Source: Cyanophora paradoxa CCMP329 (lineage: Eukaryota > Plantae > Glaucophyta). From it: a stretch of 64,000 bases of DNA. The notes below the pieces were generated by a model. It made no database searches, had not been told where the DNA came from, and saw nothing but the letters and a program-made list of their open reading frames with translations. The stretch spans positions 1,255,170-1,319,169 of the forward strand of contig QPMI01000005.1 of NCBI GenBank assembly GCA_004431415.1, given 5' to 3'. Positions 20,397-32,703 of this stretch are shown piece after piece (the stretch's first letter is position 1; every line of letters starts with the position of its first letter). The position numbers and the translations under genes are program-made.

Positions 20397-22451
20397 ATGG
20401 CCGGCCCCGCCCCCGCCCCCTCGGCGGCCGGCCCGTCGAGCGGGGCGGCCGGGGCGGACGATGCGGGGGCCGTCAGCCTGCCCAGCGAGGGCGCCCCCAA
20501 CAACGACGAGGCCGTCCCGCCGCCCGAGCTCGAGTCGAGGCCCGCGCGCCTCGTCCTCCCCGTCTACTTTTCCGTCTGGAGGGACCCGGACGTCCGCTTC
20601 TGCCCCCCGTGCGCCCGCTGCTCGCGCGAGCGGTGCACGGCACCGTCCTTTGTCCTACCGTGCGCGGCGCGCGCCCTTCTCGAGCGGACGGTCCAGACGA
20701 GCCTCGCCGCCGCCATCGACCAGCACCCGCGGGTCGCCGCGTCGGGCCTCGCCCGAGGGATCGTCTGCGCGACCTGCGCAATTGCGCTGGCGAGCCGGGG
20801 CGCCATCGAGGCGGGGCCGCCGCCCCGCGCCGGCGCGCTGTGCGAGGGCGGGGACGACTGCGACCACTCGAGCGGCCTCGTGCCGTGCAGCCGGATCGAC
20901 GCATTCCTGTCCTACATGGGGTCCATCGTCGACGGCGGCGAGCCGAGATTCTGGACCGAGAGCCAGGCGTCGGCCCGCGGCGTGCTCGTCGCGGCGCAAA
21001 GGGCGCTGGACCGCGTCGCCGTTGCGCCGGCACCGGCGCTGCCGGCTCCCGCGGCGGAGGCCCCCGCCCCCGCGCCGCCTCCGCCACCGCCACCGCCGCC
21101 GCCGGCGGCCCCCAGCCGCCCGCGCCCGAGGCCGTCCCGTGGCCGGCCCGTCCGAGCCCCGCGCCGGACCGTCGACTCCCAGAAGGATGGCCCCAAGAAG
21201 CGCGGTCGGGCGGCCGAGGCCGAGGAGCGCGACGAGCTCGAGGACGAGAAAGAGCCGGCGCCGGCGTCCAAGCGTCCCGCACGGGCCTGCGCGGCGCGAG
21301 ACGGCGCGCAAAAGGACGAAGACGGTCGGGACGAGCCCGAGGCGCCCGAGACGGCCCCCAAGCGGCGCCGTAGCAAGTGGAAGTCCCCTTCGGACGAGCG
21401 GAAACCGTGGAAGTCGGACAAGCTCATTCGGGTTTGAACCCCCAGCACCCCAACCCCCGCCCCGCCCCGCCCGCCCCCTCACCCGTCCCCAGGTCCTCTA
21501 CGGAGCCTATGCGCGGAGGCTTCCCGACGACGAGGGCGGCTCGGTGGGCTCGGGGAGCGACGAGGACGGCGCGCCAGACGGCGAGTGGCTGGTCGCGCAG
21601 AGAAACGCCTGGGTCGAAGCGTTTGGGCACGTTCTCGAAGAGGAGGTGGAGGCCGAGGCCGCCGGAAACAAGGGAAAAGAGGCCGCCCACGCGCCCGACC
21701 CCGCCCAGAGCCACTGCCTGGAGGCGTACGAGCGCGGCCTTTGCAGCGGCCTCGACCCCGTCCTCGTCGGTGCGATCCCCTGCACGCCCCCACCCCGCCC
21801 TTCCCCTCCGGCGGCGAGCCGCCCGCGCAGGCCTCCGCCTCGACGCCGACGCGGCGGCGCGGGACGATCTCCTCGACCGAGCGATGGAGACGGGCCAGGC
21901 GCGGGCCCAGGTCGTGCTCCTGGTCGCGAGCGCCGTCCTCGCCGCCCACGAGCGGTACTCGCGCATCACGAAATCGAGGAGGTCGTGGGGCTACTACAGG
22001 GCCACAAACGTCGACCCCAAGTACGACTGCATCCTCGAAGGTGCGCGCGCCCCAACCGCCCCCGGCCCCGCCGACGCCGACGGCCCGCGGCGGGCGCGTT
22101 CCCGCGCGCGCAGCCGCCGGGATCCGGGTGGAAGACTCGAACGCCAAGGCGGCGGCCTACCTCCGGCTACGGAACCTGGGCCTCACCGTCCGGCGGTTTC
22201 CCGGCCTCGCCCGGGTGCAGGGCCACTGCGTGCACATTGGCGACTTTATCTCGTTCGTCCCGCTGCTGCTCAAGGCGGACGCCGAGGGCCTGGAGGAGAT
22301 CCGGGAGCGGCTCGCCGCCGAGATCGAGGCGGTCGAGGGGTTCGAGATCGAGGAGGACCTGCTGGAGGAAAAGGCCGGAGCAGACGCGCGCGCCTCGGAC
22401 GAGGGCGAGCTCGAGGAGGAGGAACAGGATGTGGAAGACGGCGGCGCATGA
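20397..22451 (+). CDS. Multi-exon hypothetical protein (Cys-rich N-terminus, paralog of 22831-25021)
   Basis: Exons joined through GT..CAG introns (e.g. LIR|gtttga..cccag|VLYG; CILE|gtgcgc..gcag|); acidic C-terminus ending DGGA*. Confidence 0.6.
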
Positions 22452-22830
22452 GCTATCCGGCGCTAGCATGCGCTAAACCCCGCCCGGTGGATGGCCGGCT
22501 GCGGAGGATCGCGCATTGTAGACCGTCTCAACGCTCGGATAACACTGCAAACAACGTATATGATGCGAATGAAACACGTGAAAGTGCCGCGGGCGACCGC
22601 CCGGGCCCGCGGCGCGCGGATCGAATCCGGAGACGGTCCCGTTTCCGGCTGCGCAGCGGCAAACGGACTTTGCTCTACGGAATATGTACTTGTGAGCGCG
22701 TATAACCCGTATTCCGTTGCGGTCGGTCGCGCCGCGCGCCGCGGCATCGGGATCCTTAATCGTCGCGCCGAACGACTAAACGTTGGGGGGGTACGCTCTC
22801 GTCATTCGGGGACCTCGCCGCACGGCCGCG

Positions 22831-25021
22831 ATGCCTCTGGAGAGCAACTCGTTCGGCGAAAAGGTGTTTCCCGTTGCCGAAGCGCTCGATGAGGCCGGGT
22901 GGATGGCCAGCTGCATCAACTGCGGCTTCGGGGCGGCGACGCTGCTCGTCTTGCCGTGCCCGTCCGAGAGACTGGACGATATGGAGCCCCTCGCCGGCGA
23001 GGACGACAACGATGGCGAGGACGAGGCGACCGGCAGGTCGGCGCTGGATAGGTACATTGGCAAGGCAAAGTTCCTCGACGAGCTGCGGCGGAGCACTTCC
23101 GAGGACGGTAAGGGCCTCGGCGAGGAGTTTCGGGAGATCAGCAAAGCTCTGAACTCCGGCCTCGCCGTGCGCTGCGCTCTGTGCGTCGCCGAGGAGACGG
23201 GCAAAGGTGCGCATCACAAAGGCCGGGTCGCGCGGCGAGGCCCCCCGCACGCCTGCCGTCGCCGCCGATAGATGCTAGACGATGCCGCCGCGCTCCGAGC
23301 CCGCACGCGCGCGCCGACCTCGTGCCCCCCGCATGCGCAGCAGGATCCTCGGACGCGCCCGACGGTGCGGCAAGGCGCGCGCCCGCGCCACCGCGCGCCG
23401 CCCACGCGCTCATCCGCAGGTTACGTCAAGTGCAAGTATTGCCCCGAACCACACGACGTGGACGTCCGGACGCTCCAGCCCTCGGAGCGCCTGGAGGCGT
23501 TCTTGTGGGCGCGGCGCCTCACCAGCAAGAGGCGCGAGAACGACGTCAGGGAGAGCATCAAGAAGGTCGAAGAGGCGGAGAAAAAGACCAAGTTCGTGAG
23601 AGCGTTCACCGGCTTCTGCTTCAACGCGAGGTCGGAGGTCCGGCGAGGTCCGCGCCCCACCGGCGAGGCCGGACTTCGCCCGCCCCGCACCTCTGCGCGC
23701 GCCCTGATGGACCTCCTGGATCGCAGAGCGCCCGCGAACCAGCCTCGCGAAGAAGGGTGCGGCCCTCGCGGCGCGCTCCGATCCGCCAGCCATCCCGCCG
23801 CTCGATGATCCTTTCGATCCCGTCTGACCGCACCGCGTCAGGCAACAATAACGCAAAGGAGAGCAGCGCCGCGTTGGAGGCGGACAAGGCCAAGCCGCCT
23901 CCCAAGGACAAGGGCAAGGGAGGTTTGAGATGCCCCCGCGCAATCGATCGGGCGCCGCCCGAGCTCACCGGCGGACAATCGCAGCGGCGGAGGCGAACAA
24001 TGCGGAGGCGCAGAAAGATACGCCGGCAACGGGACGCGGCTTGCGCACGCAGGAGCAGCGCAAACAGCCCGATCGGCTGAAGATGGACGAACAGCTGCCC
24101 CGTGGCAAGACCAGCAAATCCAAGAAGCGCTCCGGGCCCGGGGATGAGGCGACGGGCGACGAGTCCGGCGGGTCACCGCCCCCCAAGCGGGGCCGCGCCC
24201 CCGGCAAGGAGCACCCGCGCAGCGCCGATTCCGGCGACGAGGAGGGGGCGGGCGTCGCCTCCGCCGACCTTGGCCCGCCGGAGCTCGGCGACGACTCTGT
24301 CCTCGACGGGACGGACAAGAGCGAGGAGCGCCGGCGTGCCCTGCTGGACGACGCCCGCCTCCACAAGGTCCTCAAGTCGGCGTACACCCAGCCCGCCCCC
24401 GGCAGCGGAGGCTCGGGGGCCTCGAGCGCGAAGAAGAAGACGAAGAAGAAATCCGGCGACGGGTCGCAGGGCGCGGAGGCGGGGGCAGAGGGCGGCGGGC
24501 CGGCGCACGAGGAGCTGCAGAAGTGCACCGATGACCTCCGGAGCGGCGGGGACATCGCCGAGGTCGGCGCGCGCATCGACGGCGCCGTTCTGCAGGCGCT
24601 GGAGGCCAGCTTCGCAAAGGCGGAGGACCAGCGAGTGCAGGCGTGCTTTCTCGTCTCGGCGGGCATCCTGCACCTCTGCGAGAGCCGCGCAAAGGGCAGT
24701 ACCTACAACCGGCGGACGGACACGCGCGGGAAGGGCTTTGCCGCGTTCCAGTGGCCCAACGTGGAGAAGGAGGTGGAGGACAAGTTCGGCGCGGTGATGC
24801 GGGCGGGCCACTTCCCGGTCAACCAGCGGACGTTCAAGGTGTTCCTGAACGTCGGCGCCCTCGTCCGCGAGTTCCGCGGCTACGCCAACGTCGTCGGCCC
24901 CGCCCGCGCCCTGGAGCTCTTCCGCGCCCTCGGCGCCGTCGCCAAGGCCACGGACGACGAGCTGCGCGCCCTCCACGAGAAGCTCGGGGCCGACGTGCCC
25001 GAGAACCTCTTCCCCGTGTAG
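22831..25021 (+). CDS. Multi-exon hypothetical protein (paralog of 20397-22451)
   Basis: MPLESNSF...CINCG..LPCP...RCALC, intron, YVKCKYCPEPH..., long last exon ending ENLFPV*. Confidence 0.6.
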
Positions 25022-25635
25022 AGCGGACCCCCCGACCTCTTTCTCGACGCCCTGCCGCGTCTCCCCCATCCCCTCCATCGCCCTCGCCGCCCCCCTCGGG
25101 CGCGGCGCCCCGCCGCATTCGTCTCGCTCCGAGCGCTAGCCCGAGCATCATTTTGCGCGCCGCTGCGGATGTAGAACGCCTCGGCGGCCGAGCGGCGCGT
25201 GTACAGTACATAATGAATATTGCAAAAATGCTTTCCGATTGTCTCCGACATACGACGTCTAGATCTCTCTACGTAAGGGCGGGTCGGGAAGGGGGCGCCG
25301 TGTATCATGGCCCAGGAGGAGTGGTCGGGATCGGTAGGGCACGGCCGGAGCGGCGCAAAATGATGCTTATGCGCAAGGGCACTACTCGTGCGAGGACCGA
25401 CCCTTTGGCGGGGTCCGCGTCGGCGCGCCGGTCCCCGCCGGCCCGCGACGTTCGCCCGCATCCCCCTGGGTGCAAACACTCGGTGATCAATGGCACAGTA
25501 TACGTAGCTACCGACAATAGGGGCGCACCTCGGCCTCCCCCTTTAACTCGACGACGTTTCTCGCAGGGGGGAGCTCGGGGCGGTGCGACAAAAACGCCGC
25601 AGCACCGCCACCCGTGCGCCCGGCCTGGGAATAGG

Positions 25636-28600
25636 TTAGTTGGCGGATGAACCGAGAAAACAAGCGCGAGGCGCTGCGTTGCGCACCGCCTGCCGGCCCC
25701 GAGAAATCCACTCCTCGGCCGCACTAGTAATAGTGCTGATTATCGTTCCGGCTCCGAGAGTTTCGAAGAGCGTGTGCATACTGAGGATCTTATTCTCGAC
25801 ACTCCGCAATTGTGCATCCCGAAGCCGCGCTTCGGCATCCATACGCCGCTCCATCGCCTCCAACGTGCGGATATTCTGCTGGTCGCCGATGTTCATCTGT
25901 TCGAGGCGCTTCACGACGCCTTTCATCGCCCTGTTGAACTCCACGAACGCCGCCTCCGAGCCGATCACCTTTTTCGAGAGGGCTCCCTGTTCGCTCCCGA
26001 CCGACGCCCACGCCAGGCCCTTCTTGCGCGATTTCTCGTCCTCCTTTTTGCTCTCGCGGAAGAGTCTCAGGGCCTCCGCGAGGTGTCTCGCCCGCAGCTT
26101 GGGCGCCGCGCGCTCCGGCGGAGCTCCGCCGCCGTTCGAGGCGTCCGCGCCTCCGCCCGCGGTCGCGCCGTCCGGCGGGGCTCCACCAGCCGACGGCGGC
26201 GAGCCGCCGGGGGGATCCACCTCCATTCGTTCCGCACCTCCGCCCGCGGTCGCGCCGGCCGGCGGGGCTCCACCCGACGACGGCGAGCCGCCCGGCGGAT
26301 CCGCCGCCATTCCTACGGCGGCCGTTTTGGCGGCCTCCTCCTCCTCCTCCTCCTCCTCCTCCTCGCACAGGTCGGCGGCCTTTTCGATGATCGAGTTCAC
26401 GGTGCGGTAAGACACCTGGTCCCTCGCCAAGTCCTCGGCAAATGACTTGATCTCGGCGTCGGAGCAGTCCCACACGTACGCGTAGTCGCCCGAGGCGACC
26501 TCGGCCATGTCCACCCGAACGACGCGTTCAACATCCTTCTCCGTGGGGTAGCCGAGCTCGATGCTGCGATCACGTTGAGCACCCGAGGTCGTCGCGCAAT
26601 TGGGCTCGGGTTTGGAGGGCGCACTGCCGCGAGAATCGATCCAACATGGCGCGGTCCAAAAAGTCCTTGTTGTTCGTCCCGGCCAGGACGAGAATCTGGT
26701 TCTGATTCCTCTTTACGAACCCGTCCATCTGCTGGAGAATCTGCTCGCGTGGGTGTTTAGACGCATTCAAGATCGCCATTGGCGAGCGTGATGGCGAAAG
26801 AAGCCGACCTCGTTGAGGACCGCGGCGTCGTTGGAGCCCTGCTCGCGCTCCGCGGCCATGCTGTCGAGTTCGCTGGGAAAAGGGGCACCGGACGAGCATC
26901 AGGGGCCGAGGTTCGGACGCCGGCATAAAATCTCGCGGGGCGCACTCGAAGAACACAATCGACGGGGCCATGTTTCGCGCAGCGCAGAACATCGTCTTTG
27001 CCGTCGCCTCGGCGACGCCCGTCTGCGAGATTTTATCGACGGTTTGCGGCACGGTCCGGCGAGTCCTGCACGCACCCATTTGCTGAGGATGGTCCCGCGC
27101 GACACCAGGAAAAAGGTAGCCTTGCACTCGGAGGCAATCGCCCGAGCGATCTCCGTTTTTCCAACGCCCTAAACGGGGGCGGTTCGAGCCGGATCACCGA
27201 GACATAAACCCTCCCCCCGGGGGAGACGCACGGGCGGTCCGTACAGCAAAATTCCCTTGCTCCCTCGCGCGTGCACGCCGCGGCAGTACTTCGTGCCCGG
27301 ATCCATGAGTCGCTTGATTGCCTTTTTGGCAAAAAGAACCTTGCTTTTGTCACCTGCGGGGCGTTGGTGCACATGGTTTATTTCGTTCCGTGCACGAACC
27401 GAGGTCGTCGATCTTCAGCTGATCGTATGTGCTCGGGTCCTGTATCGTCCTGTAGACGGCGGAAAGAACGGCTTGCGCGTCCTCGGTCCGCCCGCCGGCC
27501 TCCTTGATGACCTCGTCGTTGAAGCCCACCCGCTTCCAGTACGCATCGTCAAAGTCTCCATGCTGCCCGCCCGACGCCTTTGCCGTGCCGGTGCCGCCGC
27601 CTCCCCTGGGTTGCGCGGGTTCCTGTACGAGCCGTCGGGGCGCCTGCTTCGCCCGCGTGCTCTTGCGCGCCCCCTCCTTGGTCGGGCCCCCGACCAGCTC
27701 GAGCCACGACTCGGGCTCGGTCTTCTGCTTCTCAGCGAGCTTTCGCTCGACCGCCCCCCACTGCGTCGCGAGGCTACCGCCCTCCGTCTCGATGCCGAAC
27801 TGAATTCCGTCCTTGGAGGATCTCGACGCCGCGTTCTCGCTTTCGGGGTCCTCGACTTTGATCCGGGCTTCGTAGTGCTCCTCTGCGCGAGTCCGAGGCG
27901 TTTGTTAATTCTTGCTACGCGCAGCAACCGCCCAAAGGCGCACTGGTAAAGGCCCAGATGCTCGTTTTCTCGTCGAGCAGCTCCTCCGCGGGAATCGTGG
28001 TGAACTCGTTGACAAAGAGGGCGCGGCGCGGCATCAGGCGGATGGTCTCCTCGTCGTCCTCGGCGGAACCCGCGTTGGGATTGCGCTGCTCGGCATTCTT
28101 GAGCAGGATGAGGACGATGGCGTCCGGCAACGGTTTCTTCGAGGTGCCCGACGCGGACCCGGGGAGCACTTTGTGCATAATCCCACGCGCCTTGAACACC
28201 CCACCAACGCCCGGCCCACCACAAAAGTAGGTCTGGTGGAGCATGGTGTACTTGTTGCGGGGACCGGGTCCCTGGTAGAGAACGCAGATATTCTCGCGAT
28301 GTCTCTGCGATCGAACGGGCGCGCAAATCGGCGCGTTGGCGCGCGGGCACGGTACCGGCGGGAACGCGGGCATTACTCACGAAAATTCTTTCGCTCGGGA
28401 TCGTCGGATCGGGCTCCGTTGGTGGGGCGAGTTCGACCCAGTTCCCGCCGTCCTCCAAGATGCACGTCCTCGACACCGGGTCGTGCGTGTCCCACTTGTC
28501 CACATCTAAAAAGGTGTAGTGTTTGTCCACTTGGAACTGCCGGCGGAACTTTGCGTCCCGCTGACCCGCCTTAAGCTGTCCCGGCAGCTCCCCCTTTTTC

Positions 28601-28780
28601 GCGGCCGCGCGATCGCGACTGCGCTCTTTCTGGAGGTCGGTGCGTAGTTGATCCAATTCGCCGTGGAGATGCTCGAGGTAGCTCTCCAGCGCGAACGAGG
28701 CCTTGAGTTCTGCACCGGCAAGGGGGGTAAAAATGCATTTCTTGAGCAAGTTCGCGCGCGTGCACGTATACGTATACGTA
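25636..28780 (-). CDS. Multi-exon AAA+ ATPase (Vps4/katanin/spastin-like clade); 5' end uncertain
   Basis: Spliced motifs KGILLYGPP|GVGKTEIARAIASECKATFF...ILSKW; AARNMAPSIVFF|DELDS; QILQQMDGF...ILVLAGTNNKDFLDRAMLDRF; C-terminal coiled coil. Confidence 0.8.
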
Positions 28781-28799
28781 AAGACATAGAGCATGCTAG

Positions 28800-31700
28800 A
28801 GTGTACTCTCTCGATTCAGAGGGCGTCGAGACGCGCACGTCACGCACCCATGAAGAACACTCCGTACGAGAAGTTTTTGCCAGCGCGTGCAACGATCTGG
28901 TCGGCAACGGTTTGCTTGGCGGTCTCGATCGAGTCGACCGTGTGCTCGAAATGGTCGGGCCCCACAAAGACGGGGCGTTCGGAAGAATCGCCATCGAAAA
29001 TCGTGCTCCAGCATTCGGACTGCGCAAACGTTAAATTCGTTAATAAGAGCCGGTTTTGGAGAGTAACTCAATCTGGCGCACCAGCTTCTTCCTGTTGGAG
29101 CTCCCGCCCTCGAACGGGAGGAGCACTGCCCGCATGGGGGTCGACTTTGGAGCGGCGGCATCCGGCGACGTCGACGCCGCCGGCGCCCAGCCAAGCTTCG
29201 AAGTGATGTGCTCATGTACGTCTTCCCCCGCGTTGCGGCTAATTCGATGTTTTCCGGAGAGTGAATTTCCGTCGAGCTCCTCAAAGGTGTAGAACGACTG
29301 GAAATCGCCCTGTATATATTGGACGGCGCGCATCACCTACGGTGAGGCCCGGGGGCGCCGAAAATACAACGGAGCAAGCACGTACGAGAGAGCTCAATCT
29401 CGCCGGCCTCGCCCGATCGATGTTGATGATGTACTGGGTGTCCAGGCCCTTTATGTGCTTTTCTGCGCGGCCCGAGGCTCCTCAATCGTCTGCTGGAATG
29501 CGAGCATTTCCCCCCATCCAAGAGAGATCGTACCTGGACGGGCGGCGCCCGCGCTCTCGTCGGGGCCGGCCGCTGCGCTCTCGTCGCGCGGACGCCGGCT
29601 CCCGACCGGGGCGACGCTCGACGACGACGCGTCCGTGCCGGAAGCCGATTCAACGGTCTTGCCAACGTCGTGTAGGTTCCTCACGTTTTTACGGTAGATG
29701 TCGTATTTTTGGACGTCGACTTTGTCCGACCTCACGTCGAGGAAGCTCTTTTGGAGACCCTGTTTGGCCAAGGCCCTACTATCTTTGCTCACGCCGATGG
29801 ATGTTTCCACGCGCGTCTCGAAAAATTTCGCGAGGCTTCCGTCTCGAAGGGAAGTCTCGATGATGGTCTTGAGCGCGTGCGCCTCGTTCTTATTGAAGAG
29901 AAAGAGCCGAAGCATGATGATGACGGAGCCCTTTGCGCATCCCAGCAGCGCGACATCTTCCACCTTCAATCCGGATCGGCGAGCGGCGTCCTCGACGGCC
30001 GCGCGCATGCGACGCTCGATCTGCGAAAAAGGAACCTTAGAGATCTAGGGACACACAGAATGATTCTTGAGAGGTTGCCGTTGATGGAATAAGAGGGAAT
30101 CTATAGGATCGATTGGAACGCACCTGCTGGTGCACACTCGGTAATTTCGATAAAGCGAGAAAAGCATCGCACATAACCTCCGGCGCACCCTCCCCCATCA
30201 CCAGCTTGTACACGACTCCATACCGCCCTGCAGCCGATTCATCTACGGCAGTATTCCGGTCAGGGCAGCGCGGCGCCACCACGGATCAAGATCCTTGGCC
30301 CGTACCCTCGATTTTCAACTCCTCCACCTCGACCCTGTTGAATTCGAATTCAAAATCAATACTTTTGCCGAGCTCCTCGGACAGCGCCTCCGGTTCGATC
30401 AACGGCTCGCATCTGCGCGGCGGTAAAGCCACATGAGGGCAGCGCTTCGGACTAAATTCCGCAGGATCGCGCACCGCACTTCTCCCCCGCCCTCGCCGGG
30501 GGTCGGATCGGGGGCGGCCTCCGGAGTACCCGGCAGGCTCTCGACCACCCCGCTCGCGGTGTCGATCGGGTTGCCGGGCTCGCCCCCGTCGGCGGCCGCC
30601 GGCGATCGCTCGATCACGGGCACGACATCCGCCTTTTGCGGGATTTCCAATCCTGTGGTCGAGAATCCGTGTAGAAATAAGCACGAGGTAGCGGAACCGG
30701 ACACGAAATAGTAATGTAATGGCGAGATCGCACGTGCGCAGGCCCTTTCCGGGTCGGCGTCGACGTCCAGCAGTCCCTTTTTGTTAGAAGTACCTGCAGA
30801 AGTGACCCAATTCACGCGTTTAATTTGTATGCGAGATCGCCGCAGAATGTATTTGAAATGAATATAAGAGTGCTTACTGGCGGCCTCGGCCAGCTCCCAC
30901 TCGGGGCGCTGCCGCAAAAGTTAACCACGGGAGCCCAGTTAGTTTTGGTGGCCCTCAGGCGCGTATTATCGACAGCTGTCGAAAGCACTCACCCATGGGC
31001 CGCGGTAGAGAATCATGGGGCCGTCGATCGCGGGCTGGAGCGCGCGGCCGCGGGCTGAACCGCGGGAGAAAAGCATGGTGTCGCCTGTGCTCGACTGGAG
31101 CGCGCGGGCGAGCAACCCGTGGAATCGAACGACTGGGTAAGATTCCAGATTGTGCTTGTCCACGTATTCGGACAGAATCTCATCCAGCTCCTTGGCGAAT
31201 TGTGGAGTGAATCTGAAAGCGGGGACCGCCCCTTCCGGCCACGGCTCCTCGAGGGCGACATTCTGCATAATGAACGGGTGAAAGTCGATCTCCTGCACCG
31301 GCAGTTCTCGAAAGATCTCTGCGGGGGCGCTGAGAATCAGTTTGCAGGTTGATAAAAGAATATCTGCACATGTACACGGGCGCACTTATCAATTTCCGGA
31401 TCAGCAAATACGACAATGTAGGCGTCCGCCGCGGCGCCTTCTGGTCGACGTGACCAGGAAGCTCTCGCTCAATAATAGGGATCGCCAGCCTGACACGTTT
31501 GATTCCGGACACCGCGGGCTCGTTGATGGATTTGAGGACGTCAAGGGCACCGAGGATTGTGGAAATTCGGGACTCGTAACCGCTCAGATACTCCAAGGCC
31601 GTACCGGATGGTTCCATGTCGAGGCTTTCCCAGTGGAGCTTGCCAATTAATGATAACAAGCGCTTTGACACGGCGAAAATTCGGGACGCAAAGGCGTCCT

Positions 31701-31920
31701 CCAGCCCGAGGTGCTGGAGGATCTTCTCGATTAGCTCGTACGGCAGCCGCGGCCTGTCGATGTGGAGGTCTTTGAACTCGTCGGCGGCTTCCTGCACGCC
31801 GTGCAGGTGAAATTCCGTCAGGTTTTCAACCTTTCACGGGCGCATGCGCAAGTTCGACCGGCGCGCACGCGTTCTGCATTCAGCGCAACCGCCGGCGAAT
31901 CCTCCGCAGCGGTCGACATC
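28800..31920 (-). CDS. Multi-exon F-box protein region (may be spliced onto the AAA gene)
   Basis: RPRLPYELIEKILQHLGLEDAFASRIFAVSKRL in 31180-31797; further protein-like minus-strand exons at 30966-31385, 30037-30684 and 29451-30008. Gene boundaries unresolved. Confidence 0.5.
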
Positions 31921-32703
31921 GAAGCTCAATTGCAAGGTCTGTGGTACGGGCGCACGTCGACGTCACGGTACTGATATCGATTCCGCCGCGGCCGGGCCGG
32001 GCTATCGGACGCGTGGGGGCGGTAACGTACTACTGCAAATAGATCGCGTGCGTATGCGTATGCAACAAGATCCACGTCGCCGCACGTCGCGGAGGCGGGC
32101 AAGTCCGATGTTGGCCCACCGTGGCACCTCGGGCTCGAGCTCCTGGGCTCGCTATAGCCGAGGAATCGCGCGGCTGCGCTTTGCTCTAGCTATAGGTCTA
32201 TCGGCCGTTGGACGCTTGCGCTATGTGCCGGCGGGCCGGGCATGCGCACCGGTCCGCACCACCGGCCTCGTGCGCGAGTCCCCGAATCGAAACGCCAGAG
32301 CCGGGAGGGCCTGCGATCCGGTGTATTGCTAAATTTCGTGCTAGAATCGCCCACGAAACTTCGGCTGTGAGGCAAACACGCACTGCGGCGCGTGTTGCAA
32401 TTGGCGGGGATGGGGTACACACACACACACAGCTCTTTGGCCCAGTGGAAGTTACCGTGCACCGTACATGGACGCTTGTCGCACGTGCATATGCATGCAG
32501 CCTAAAACTACGAGTACGATATAGTCGAAGCGCGCGCGAGTAGAGCGGGCCCCGCAGCCGGAGACCAGGACGCGCCCCGCCCGATCGACGAGCCATGCCA
32601 CCGCGGACAAGGTACTCGCCAACTCGTGTAAGGCTTTGAGACATAAGAAAGTCGACAAATAAAAGGAAAAAGCTAAACTATGCTTCTAACTCAGTAAGGC
32701 CGC

